Shown: positions 7,686 to 18,373 of the stretch, piece by piece | Layout of the letters: each line of letters opens with the position of its first letter | Position numbering within the stretch: the stretch's first letter is position 1 | NCBI RefSeq assembly: GCF_006345805.1 | Contig: NW_021833163.1 | Coordinates: 1 to 36,176 of the forward strand | Direction of reading: 5' to 3' | DNA from: Octopus sinensis | Lineage: Eukaryota | Length of the DNA stretch: 36,176 nucleotides | The notes under the pieces: generated by a model | The model's database searches: none | The model's input: only the letters and a program-made list of their open reading frames with translations | Told to the model about the DNA's origin: nothing | Position numbers and translations under genes: made by a program

Positions 7686-9436
7686 ATGAGTCGACTGTAC
7701 GACGCAGTGGAACCTTCAGTAATCAGCCAGGAAATGTTACTGGAGGCCATGGACGAGCAGGGCCCTGTCGGACTCCTAAAAAAATTAGAAAGGCAGGAGG
7801 AGACCGACATAAGCAAACTAACCTCCCTTCGTCTAGAATTCAAAAGTAATGAAAAAAATAATCACAGACATTCTAAAAATGGACAATCTAGTATACTTGA
7901 CTGGACTAACCTCCCTTCAAATGGACAACAACGTGATCGAGCGAATCGAGGGACTGGAGACACTCGTCAACCTCCGTAAACTTGGTGGGCGTGAGACATA
8001 ACCCGGAGATCTCTCGTTCAACAACATCGAAGTAATAGAAGGACTAGACACTCTGAGAAAGCTAGAAGTGCTCAATCTGTACTCCAACAGAATCAGTCGA
8101 ATACAAAAAACAGACAAATTAGAAGAACTGAAAATACTTTCTCTGGGCGACAACAATATTGACGACATCAACCAAGTCGGTGGTTTACAAATAGTCCAGT
8201 TGATTAGCCTGCGAGGACACGTGCAGTTACGGACGCTGGTTTTGTCGGACAACCCTCTGGCACAAAAGGAGGAGTATAAACTAGCGGTGGCTGCCATTCT
8301 CCCAGCTGTGCGTTATTTGGACTACCGATTTGTCACTCAGATAAATGTAGTTTGGAGTTTTATTGGAGAGAGTGGAAGGACGGGAGAAGTACGGAATCCT
8401 TCTCGACGAAATCGAGGCCGGGGAGTTGTCCGACCAACAAAAAATGGCGGATGAGGAAATGAGGGTTAAGGAGGAGAGAGTGAACGAGGAAGCTTTGATC
8501 CTCCCGATTGTGGGGGGACGACTTCTGGAGGACATGTACGAGGAAGACGTGGAAGGAAAAATATTGAGGGACATTCCAATGCTGGAAGACACATATTCCA
8601 AGTAGATTATTCCATTCAGTAGATTCGTGACCGACCTGAATTTGACAGTGGAGGAGATCTGCACGTACGCATGGGGAGAGGATGAGACGACTAAGTCACG
8701 TGGAGTCCTTCAGGGAATGGATGGAGGGGGCGGTGACCCAAAACAGGGGGGAGGCACTGGAAGTGGTTGAGTCATTTGAGAAAGTTAAGAACAAGGTGAG
8801 GAGTGTTGTGAGTGGATAAGCTGATTGGTTCGTTTGACGAGCGAATGGATGTGGAGGCACGACATACTCTCCTGGAAGAATATCTCTCAGTAGTGGACGA
8901 CTACCAGGACCATTTGCTGCTCATCCAAGTGAGACTTACCGAACAAATCGAGGCATCCACCAGGCTAATAGTTTAGGACATGACAAGGGAATTGAGATGA
9001 GTCTTCGGGAGATTGTCAATTCTTTTTTTGAGAGGATCCGTGGACTCCTCCGACATTTGAGGGAACTACAGGGGACTTTCAACGAGGCGGTGATTGAGAC
9101 GGGGTTGTTGGTGCTGGACAAGTACCTCAAAAACGAGTTGGCCGAAGACGTGGCTGAGAGTATCAAGACTGTGAGTGCTGTTTTTTATGAAAATAGATTT
9201 TTATTGACAAGGATACGCTGACCAGCAGTGCTATGGCCTCCCACGACCTCCATATTCTAAAAATAGACACATATGAGGATTACGTCATCAAAAACTTGAA
9301 TGTTTGGTTTGAACGACTCGTCAACAAACTCAACGATGACGAGACTCGCAGGAATCGGGAGAGAGTGAGAGAAATTTATAATTACCTCGACTATTGCAAA
9401 GAAGAGTTCCAGGATTTAGTAGAAATGCCCGAATAA
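7686..9436 (+). CDS. DRC3: Dynein regulatory complex subunit 3 (LRRC48), 9 exons
   Basis: MSRLYDAVEPSVISQEML..SLRLEFKNILKMDNL..LRR repeats..YLDYR..IFIDKDTL..ASHDLHILKID..RNRERVREI. Introns: 7846-7867 (22), 7985-8008 (24), 8176-8199 (24), 8347-8368 (22), 8602-8622 (21), 8796-8820 (25), 8953-8976 (24, GC-AG), 9171-9196 (26). Homopolymer deletions at ~8669-8676 and ~8992. Confidence 0.93.
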
Positions 9437-9799
9437 TTACTTATTCTATTAACACTTTTAATTCACTAAATATGTCCGATTAGTCACAACTGACATGTTT
9501 GAGCATTCCCTTCCGCGCCGTATAATAAGACGATTTCTCCTTAGTCAAGACTGACACTCGGCTTGTACAATATCTCCTTAGTCAAGATGATACCAAAAAA
9601 ATAATAATTGAAGCACATGAAAATTTTGGCGATTGGCAGTCTCTATGTTTCTCTCTCACAATCAATTGGAATCAGTTGTTGATCAAGAAGAAAATGTTAA
9701 ACTTTTACGATTGGCCCCACATTCGTACTTATTAAGCACGATTGAATTAGCCTAGAGTACTTTTAAAGCAGAAGTAAAAAAAGTTTTCTGTTGTATATA

Positions 9800-9882
9800 A
9801 AATTTTTTAAGGGGATCAATTAAATATTAGGGGGTCAAAAAAATCAAGGGGTCGACAAGTAAAAAAAGGTTGAGAACCCCTG
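9800..9882 (+). mobile_element. hAT terminus (GGGGTCG...AAAAAAAGGTTGAGAACCCCTG)
   Basis: Same TIR as at 5906; flanked by GCTTAGAT. Confidence 0.7.
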
Positions 9883-10216
9883 GCTTAGATTATCAGATTA
9901 CCAATATTTTATATGCTGCAAAATGTGCTTATTTGACCTAACTATGAGGACGAAATTACAACGCACATGTCTGGAACTTCTTTATAACTCCCAATGTGTA
10001 CATCATAATGACAACCAACCCATAAACAACAGTCATAACAAGCTAATCGAATGCAGAGACCGGTAAAGCACTCATTTTCTAACAGAACATCGAGGTATTA
10101 ACATGTATACCTAAAATGAATTCATTATTAATAATGAAATTAAACAAAACTCAATGAAAAAACTCGATGCTAAGTTAGTATTTTAGCATAAATCTACAAT
10201 AAATAACAATTAAACA

Positions 10217-11127
10217 CTAATGGGACCCCTGTGACTGATGTTTTTGGACCAAAAATTCGATATCTGATTCTATTTGTGTTATTTTTAAACAAATAACTCT
10301 CTAATGAACACATCCAATCTGTTTCGTTTTTTATTTACAATTCGATGTAGAATGCTAAATCCACATTCAACACAGTATGATGTCGGAAAATAGAGTAGCA
10401 ATTGTGCTATTTCGTTCTATAATTTTGGATAAGTCTCTTTCATTTTGATATTTTGCCAAAAAATAACTGACGTTTGTGAATCATTGTAATATAGTTTTAA
10501 TTCTGGATTTAATTTTAAAGTAATTAATTCCTCTTGAATATTTCTTTTTTCTTCTTCTGGCTTCGACAAAAAAAGATTAATACTTGCTGTTTGCTTTAAT
10601 TTTGTTTATGGTTTTAATAACTATATTCAACGTTTCATGTAGAATTGGTGAAATTGCACCATCTGTCGGCAAAAAACCAAATTTTCATATGGAATCTTTT
10701 TCTTATCCAAAAATAATTTGACTAAAGAAAAAATAGAAAATCCAGTAGTATCAGTTTCCAGATAATAAATCTTCTGTAAGATGAGCATGATCGTCAAAAT
10801 ATCTAAAAGGGTAAACATTTAATAAGATTAACCTGACATATCGCATTACAATGACTTATTACACAGTAAGCAGTATGGTCTATTATCAAAGGAATTTTTT
10901 ATAAATCCAAATGCTAAATATTCATTTTTATATTGACGAATTTTTAATGTAGACGGACGATTCATACAAGAACAAAAACTAGCATTGTAATTTTAAAAAT
11001 TAAAAAAAACAAAGCTTCATCACTATAAAAATAGACTAACTTAATTTAAATGAAAAAATTATTAAATTTATTTTTGACCCCTTACGATCTATCTGGGCTA
11101 ATTTTCGACCCCAGGTGAGAACCGCTG
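10217..11127 (-). mobile_element. Internally deleted hAT element (ZBED5/SCAND3/Buster-like transposase remnant plus 5' TIR)
   Basis: LETDTTGFSIF..KIPYENL..TDGA..LHETLNIVIKTINKIKANS; FW..YPKL..FPTSYCVECGFS..KKRNRLD..HQSQGSH* (TAG 10217-10219). TIR CAGCGGTTCTCA reads inward from 11127. Confidence 0.82.
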
Positions 11128-11789
11128 ATCTAAGCCATGCTCTTATAATTTTATATTTATGAATAGCCAAGGCATCCTTAGCATTCTAAGGAAACTCGTT
11201 CGGCTGAAACCGGTCCTCAGGCAGCTCGACAGTAATTATCTTCATAAGTGAGCTAATCTGCTTGAGTTCGAGTAGGTCTCTGTATTGCTAATGTCTCAAA
11301 TCAGAGCGGGATAAGCACTGTCGTTTTCAACATCAGAATATTTTTCACGTTATTTTTGGCACGTTCAGATGGAGCCCTATGATTTTCGATTAATAATTTA
11401 ATGTTCTGGTCAAAATAAGAATTTAAGTGATTTCCAAGGCTAGACTTTTTTCCCATCTGAAATAGAAGGGTGGTGATCCTATTGAGTCTTATCTATCTAT
11501 AGTCATTGAATAAAATAAATTAAAGTTTATTTAACCCAGGTTTATGTCAAAATTTTGATCAAAAAAGCAATTGTGCGTTAATCCCATGAGACATTGTCAG
11601 ATTTCAATGCACTTTATTTAATGCATCATAAAAAGTCTAAACATTCCGTGTCTATTGGTATAAGCAGTTTGATGATCAAATATTACAATAAGTGTAGATA
11701 AGTTTCATTAAATGTATGAGTTCTAATAAGATGGAAATGGAAAATTTTTGTTTGTTATTCTAATTAATTAGCTTGAATGGGAAGTAGTT

Positions 11790-12290
11790 TTAATTGCTAA
11801 GTAATGTGTCTACAGGGATAATAGGAAAGCTTTACATGTGTCTAAATATCTCACTTGGGCTTAGACTTATTAACAAAGAAACTCTTTATGTTTGCAGAAA
11901 TGAACGAACGCTACAGACGAACACTTTATGTACAGTTAGGGAAATTAATGAGATATTTTTTTAGTTTAGACACATTTTGGACGAATCCAGAGTATTCGTG
12001 TCTTTTACAGAATCAAACAACCCATATAGGTTACTTCCACCATTGTAGTCTCCTTGCTTTAAAAACGCAACTAAAGTATTAAAAACCAGTTTTAACTAAA
12101 CTACATCCAATTTTTCGGAGTAGGCTGTCTAGGAAATTGTAGATTGTCACCAATATCATCAACGAAATGGTGAATTGAGGAGACACGTGTTCCCTTTCGT
12201 GAATTATTTTAGTAAAGCAAATTTATACTTGTAATATTTTGCTAATAAAAAATCAACTCAATGAAAAATTGATCATTACAGAGAATTCAT
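11790..12290 (-). CDS. Putative unidentified multi-exon gene
   Basis: GT-AG introns of about 23-38 nt join MNSLKILQGTRVSSIHHFVDDIGDNLQFPRQPTPKNWICVFKARRLQWWKHEYSGFVQNVSKLKKYLINFPNSFVHFCKHKEFL. No family recognised; 3' end uncertain. Confidence 0.35.
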
Positions 12291-12392
12291 ATGTTAATAA
12301 GTTAAATAAAATAAAAATAAAATGAAAACCTGTTTATATGAATTTTTACTGTTATACTTAAATAATAATTGTTCTTTATCAAATAGATTGGC

Positions 12393-12923
12393 ATGTCAAG
12401 TTCGTTCTGCATTTCCAATCGAATAGAACTTGCAAAAATGAAAGGAGAAATTCAAAGGCAACCCGAAGATGACAGTTGACAAGTTCAAACGCGTTTTAAG
12501 GTTGTACTACAATAACCCAAGAATCCCTAAAAAGAAAAACAAAAAACATATACTTCCTATGACGAAGTTTGGACAAACAAAATATCTCTCATCAAGTTTC
12601 TGAGAAAATTACGTCCACGTATTTCCAATGTTATGAAAACCTCAAAAAATGCTCCTATAATAAATACAAGCCTTCACTCCCTGGATATTATGCCGACCCC
12701 ACACAGCGGTGTTTTGGGAATTATGGGCCACCACACGTTGAAAATTATCACAACTTTTCGCAATTGAGTTTTGAAGACTATGAACACTTCCTTCTATGAA
12801 CACCCAAAGATTCCACTCTATGATGAGTTCGATACAAATAAATATACGGCGGTCGAGCTGCATGATGATCTATTTAGAATTCAAAAAAATAACGGAAAAA
12901 ACGAACAATATACTATTTCCTAA
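12393..12923 (+). CDS. Putative unidentified gene
   Basis: ATG preceded by AAATAG. Coding-like composition and candidate micro-introns (GTTGAC..TTTAAG, 26 nt). Ends ...FYEHPKIPLYDEFDTNKYTAVELHDDLFRIQKNNGKNEQYTIS*. The model requires frameshift corrections. Confidence 0.3.
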
Positions 12924-13602
12924 TTAAAAAAATTACTAGAATAAAATTAGTAAGCTAATTAAGTTTAAATAAAAATGAATGAATTTATTTAAAAGGATAG
13001 TCGAAAAAGAAAGAAAAAGTTAATGAGACAAAGTATGCTCTCTGCGTTGTTTCCCTCTTTTTTATGTTTAATTCCAGATTCGAGAGGAAAAGGCTCTCTC
13101 AAGAACACTTCCAATCGTTTCCGTGGCGTCTTCCATCTCTTGAGGGATGCCTTGGTCCAGGTGGAGTCCATTTGCCAATTTGATGGCATATCGTCTCGTC
13201 TTTTCGAGCTTAGCGATAATGCCATTTCTCTCAGCAGTAGGGTACCTCGGCGCTCGTTATTGAGGACAGTCACCAAAACTTGACGAGATGAGCATTTTTA
13301 CGCTTATCAACACCCGGTCAATTCGGAAACGGGCTATGGAGCTAACCTACTTGGTTAAATAGATAAACATGGACATATTGATTGTTAATGAAAAGAAGCT
13401 TAAGGAAAGCAGCATCACAAAATCCATGGTTTTCAGTCGATTGATATCCCGTGGCGACCTGAGGCAGTGGCTGACACTAGGACATCCATATATTATACAA
13501 ACAATTTGATGGCGAGGGACTTGAAAATCGTTGAAGAAAATTTGTGCGAACTAATTACATTGAAACTACTAACATTCCTTGGATGGATATCTGTAGGAGC
13601 TA

Positions 13603-15047
13603 CACTAGGTGCAAAAAAACCGTTTTTTTAAATACGGCATATTTTGCAAAGATAACCGTGATTTTTCTTTGTCGATATCGAAAGGGATCATTAAATTAAC
13701 CCTAAATCAATTTTGTTATATTTTTTTTGTATTGTGTTATATGTCTAAATTAAAAATTTTAATTACACGAGCGCAATAAAAAACCGTTTATTCTGGTGAG
13801 TGTGACATTTTTTACTTTTTTTAGAATTTTAACCCTCGATAAAATTACGAATGCTTGATGTAATAACAAAAGGAAAGATTCTAAGCTTGAATGCGTTAAA
13901 TTGGACCACTAAAAAAATATCTGACGAGCTTAATATCCCGCGATCAACTATCGCTGACTTTATCCGAAAATTCATTAAATATGGTACGACTGAAAGAATA
14001 AAAGGTTCGGGGAGACCAAAAATTCTTAATAAGGACGATATCCTTATTTTACTCAGCCTGGTTAAAGAGGACCCCCAAAAAAAAGCTGATTGCTTAAGGA
14101 ATGATCTCCGTAAAATAACCGGAAAAACAGTCGGTAAAAGATCCATCGCAAATTATTTAAGAAGGGAGCAAATATATGCTCGTGTATGTAGAAAAAAACC
14201 ATTATTGAACAAAATAAATAGTGAAAAACGCTATAACATGGCAAAGCATTTCATTACTGTGCAAACACTGAATGGATGAGGACAATTTCAGTGACGAATG
14301 CAGTTTCGAAGTTTTTAATATTAAAAACGGCAATATTGTTATCGGAAAAACAATACAGGCCTTCAAAAAAGCAACCTTTCGCCTACTGTAAAATTTGGTG
14401 GGGGAAAGTTATGTCTGGGGCTGTTTTTCCTATTACGAAATGGGCTCGCTTGCTTTTATACACGGGAATATGAATTCCGCACTTTATATCAACACACTAT
14501 GTAACCATTTATGGGAATCTGCAAAAAAATGGAGCTTAGTGACTTTATTTTCCAACAAGACATGGCACCATGTCATACTTCCAAGATGACTATGCGATTT
14601 TTTCAAGAAAAGAAAGTAAACCTTTTACCATTGGCATCTCAATCACCGGATTTAAATCCGATCGAACATATATGGGCTCATATGAAGAGCTTTCATCCAA
14701 AGAATGTTTCGGAATTGAAAGAAAAAATCGAAAATATTTGGAACGAAATACCGATTAGTTTTATAAAAAAATTAATCGAAAGCATGCCGAATAGAGCACA
14801 AAAGCTTTTTAAGGCAAAAGGGGACCATATTGAATACTAACTTTAAATAATCAAAAATAAAACGGTTTTTTATTGCGTTTGATTTTTTGTTAGTTATAAT
14901 TTGTTAAGTAAAAATGATTACAAGTTCAAATATAAAAATAAAACTAGTGTTAAAAAATGATCAATTATTCAATTCTTTAATAAAAACAATATAGTTGCAT
15001 AGTAAATTTTTGATATTTCGAAAAAACGGTTTTTTTTGCACCTAGTG
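13603..15047 (+). mobile_element. Tc1 (DD34E) transposon, 1445 bp, IR/DR type, TA TSD
   Basis: TA|CACTAGGTGCAAAAAAACCGTTTTTT ... AAAAAACGGTTTTTTTTGCACCTAGTG|TA. Inner inverted repeats CGCAATAAAAAACCGTTT at ~13772 and ~14877. Confidence 0.95.
13851..14840 (+). CDS. Tc1 transposase with several 1-nt frameshifts
   Basis: HTH region, GSGRPK, SDE, VWGCFS, FQQDMAPCH-(34 aa)-SPDLNPIEHIW. Confidence 0.88.
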
Positions 15048-15454
15048 TATGTACTCTAAAGCGATTAAGAATTATCCAAATCTTATTAAAGAATTTTTCG
15101 AAAAACAATGATAGAGGAATTATAATAAGAGACCTTAACGCAAAACACACATCATACGGATGTGCTAATACAAATTCGACGATCATATACTCCTCAGATT
15201 ATCGGGGAACTGTGGCTTTAGTGCTTTGACCTCACGATAACCAAACCATTTCTCTTGTTATGGGGAGGATTGTATTGGAGATTTCCTCGTATCGGCCAAT
15301 CTTGTTCATCAATGCAGCGTACCAAGAATTGAGATAAACATTGGTAGTGATCACCTACCTCAATCTTTATGTATGCGGACATCATCTACATTGTAGATGA
15401 TTGTACAATCAATTGTTTTTCTTGTGGTTCTTTAAAAAATTAAATTTTACATAT

Positions 15455-15654
15455 TCTTATTCATTATTATAAACATATTTTCATTTTATTTTTCTATTTG
15501 CTGTTTATTTCTCATTATTCATTATTAGTATGTTTATTGGTTTCTCAAATCTTTTCTTATGCCAAGGAAACCGATTTGAAGGCATTTATAAATACTGATA
15601 AAGGGGCAATAAAATATCAAAGGGGGCGATGAACAAAAAAGTTGAGAATGCCTG
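15455..15654 (+). mobile_element. hAT-type right end; internal ~150 bp repeated at 35877-36026
   Basis: Ends GGGGGCGATGAACAAAAAAGTTGAGAATGCCTG, followed by ATCTACAA. Confidence 0.6.
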
Positions 15655-15713
15655 ATCTACAATATGCGAAGATTTTTTCATCGGATATGATACGTCTCGG
15701 ACAATCTGGTCTG

Positions 15714-16740
15714 ACTTCGAGATATCAATGAAAATGCATTTGATACCATATCCAATAAAAAACATTTCCTCAAATACACAAATAAAAATGAATTCAGCAT
15801 TCTTGTTAGAATTTACAATCTAAAACAATCATCCGTACTAAATAAATCACACGGAAGCCGCATTAAATACAGATCCGCAGATTCTTTGATAAAAAGATTA
15901 AATATATTGAAATTTCCGATTCCCGAATCCGCTTGCTTTTTAAGAATATTTTATGAAAAAGAAGTGATATAATTTAATATTTTTAACAAAAATATCAAAT
16001 TTAAATTTGTGCTAAAATTTTTCTTCAAGAGTTGCTACTATATTTTCAGAAAGATTCGGAAATAAATTTCACCACGTGTGGTAAATGATTTGACGGCAAA
16101 TAAAGATCGTATTAGACAATGTGATGTGGTTCGAATGAATAATTCTCGAATTTCTCGATTAAAATATTATGAGATGGATGAAAAAATTATGGATTGAATC
16201 AATCATTTTTAGAATTTAAAGGATTGATTGAATCAATCACAGTAAATTTATTGAGCTATTGTTCCTTCAAAAAAAACTCGACGACAAAATCATATCCACT
16301 GGAATCATGAATAATCAAGTGCTTCAAGTCTCGATATTATCATTACCAACTCTTTCAGTTGTGAACAAAATCGGGGTTCTTCTTGACTATCAACAATTGC
16401 TGGAATAAAACAGCCCCCACGAGTGGAATTATTGATGATTTTTCGTGTGAAGTCGAGAAATACTAAATGAACTAAACATTATTGATGTAGCTGATCGGGA
16501 GGAACTCCTAGAACTCGACTCAAAAATAAAAGATTGGCTTATTGACAGAGCATTCTTAACAATGACAAAAACTCGTAGGAATGTGAAATGTAAATATAAA
16601 ATACCAAAAATGAAAATACTGAAAATTGGAAAAATTGGATTGTAAGATGCTGTGAATAACTTCAACAATTTTCACCGGTTTTGGCCAGGAATAAAAATCG
16701 GTGGTTTCGAGAGAAATTATTGTAGGTCTTTTATATATGA
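15714..16740 (+). other. Possible unidentified gene (long stop-free frames)
   Basis: ~85-codon frame LRDINENAFDTISNKKH...LRIFYEKE (15714-15970) and EILNELNIIDVADREELLELDSKIKDWLIDRAF... (16455-16590). No coherent model. Confidence 0.25.
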
Positions 16741-17289
16741 AAAATTCTGATTAAATTCGATTAAATATGTAAAAATGAGATAGTATATCAGATATGATAG
16801 ATCAAGCGATTTACTTGAATTAAAAAAGATTAAATCATTGTTTAATGAGAGCAAATGAATTCCAGAATGTCAAATATGATAAGAGATTCTAAAATCACAA
16901 TATATTTAATCAATATTAATTCAAATATTATCCATGAATATCATAGAAATAAATATATGAACACCACTACAAGAATAAAAAATACAACGTGTTTATTTTA
17001 TTAACATTTGTTTTTGTGAAATAAAAATACTTATAATTTAATGTTTATTTAATAATTAAAATTATTTTTCACGTTCTATAACATTCTGGATTTCTTAGAA
17101 ACATTGTTCTGAAAATTTTCTTAATTCATTAATAAAAATCGGTTTTGTTAATTTTTTTAAATTTATTTTTTAATGAAATAAAATCAAAAACTAGTAGAGC
17201 TATATCGGAGGTTCTTCACTATACCCGTAATTTATGAATAGGTATTAGAAGTTCTGCTAGTGATAGGAATGTGCCTCTTCTTTACATTT

Positions 17290-17900
17290 TGTTTAAGACA
17301 ACTCTGTACAGCTTCTCTGTTCCGTATATAAACAAATTAAACCTGGATTGTTGTTATTTTTCAGCCTGGAGCTTGCATCTCGTATCTTCTTTGTTGTTAT
17401 TTCGTCTTCTAGTTTGCGCTGTTCTACACAAGTATGACTAAACGTATTTCGTACAATAAAATTAAGCAATCTTTCATCATTTTTAAGCAAATCGAGGAAT
17501 TCCACAAAAACTAGTGAAATAAACTTTGGATCACCCAGGCTATGGAAACATCTAGTGGATAATTAGTGCCCGAAATACTTATTTTATTAAAATAGGATGG
17601 ACTTGTACCTAAAAAATTATTATAAGATTCACGATCTCTTAACATAAATGAAAAAATACATGAATACATACAATTACTTAATATAAAGAACACCCTTGAG
17701 AGCATAATTGTTTCTTATAAAAACAGAGTCAAACCGTAGGAAAAAAGTCGTAGAATGGATAAAAGAGTAAAAGAGATTTCTAACCAAATAAGTATAACTA
17801 CGACTTTGCTAGTACCTCGGAAAGAAAACCTATCTGAATGACTATGCGAATAGAAAAAGTAACGATCAAATGAAAAAGATTGTACTCTTTATTTAACATT
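17290..17900 (-). pseudogene. Decayed LINE (APE to pre-RT linker)
   Basis: EDEITTKKIRDASSRLKNNNNPG resembles the EI..A...LKN.K.PG pre-RT motif. Confidence 0.4.
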
Positions 17901-18373
17901 ACTTTTTTCTCGAATTTTACCAATCTCTACCCCAAAAAATTAAAAATATTAATAATAATACATGAATATTTCAATGTTCAAATAAACTTATGTATGTGAA
18001 TGCATTTTTTGCAAAATTGTTAGTGAAAATGAAAACGTAGTTATGCCCAAGAAAAGGACAAATACGTACTCAAAGGACACAAAATATACCTACAAATTAA
18101 AAATTCTATTGAAAGTAAATCATAACGTTTCTGGGTCCCTCAATAACACGTTTTTTAGTAATAATTCTGATTCTTAACTAACTACAAGAAAGAGATACTC
18201 AGGATTTTTGTATATTAATAATTTAAATGTTAACCACATCCAATTTTATTTAGTTTTTCACGAGGTCATAGAATATTTTCCAATAGTATTTATCTTAAAT
18301 ATTATTGTAATTAAGAAAAGTAAACTAATAATTAGACGACTCTCAAATTTTTGCTTCCCGAGTTCCCCATAAC

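Larger units (their letters stand above)
13288..15362 (+). mobile_element. LINE apurinic-endonuclease (APE/EEP) remnant split by the Tc1 insertion
   Basis: INTRSIRKRAMELTYLV..DILIVNE before the Tc1; IIRDLNAKHTSYG and IGSDHLP after it. Confidence 0.75.

Noticed and set aside
8665-8686. Extra 22-nt intron to explain the DRC3 frameshift
   Set aside because: It would delete seven residues including the conserved YG; two missing Gs restore exact alignment.
7686-9436. Ciliate (Paramecium-like) origin or variant genetic code because of tiny introns
   Set aside because: Genes end in TAA, conserved exons contain no in-frame TAA/TAG, and ETS factors are animal-specific.
12640-12730. LPGYYADPTQRCFGNYG as a FAM166/CIMIP2 motif
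   Set aside because: Similarity is too weak and the reading frame is uncertain.
13020-13287. GC-richer ORFs upstream of the LINE endonuclease, checked for a 2A-like peptide
   Set aside because: No DxExNPGP motif; probably LINE leader or ORF1 remnant.
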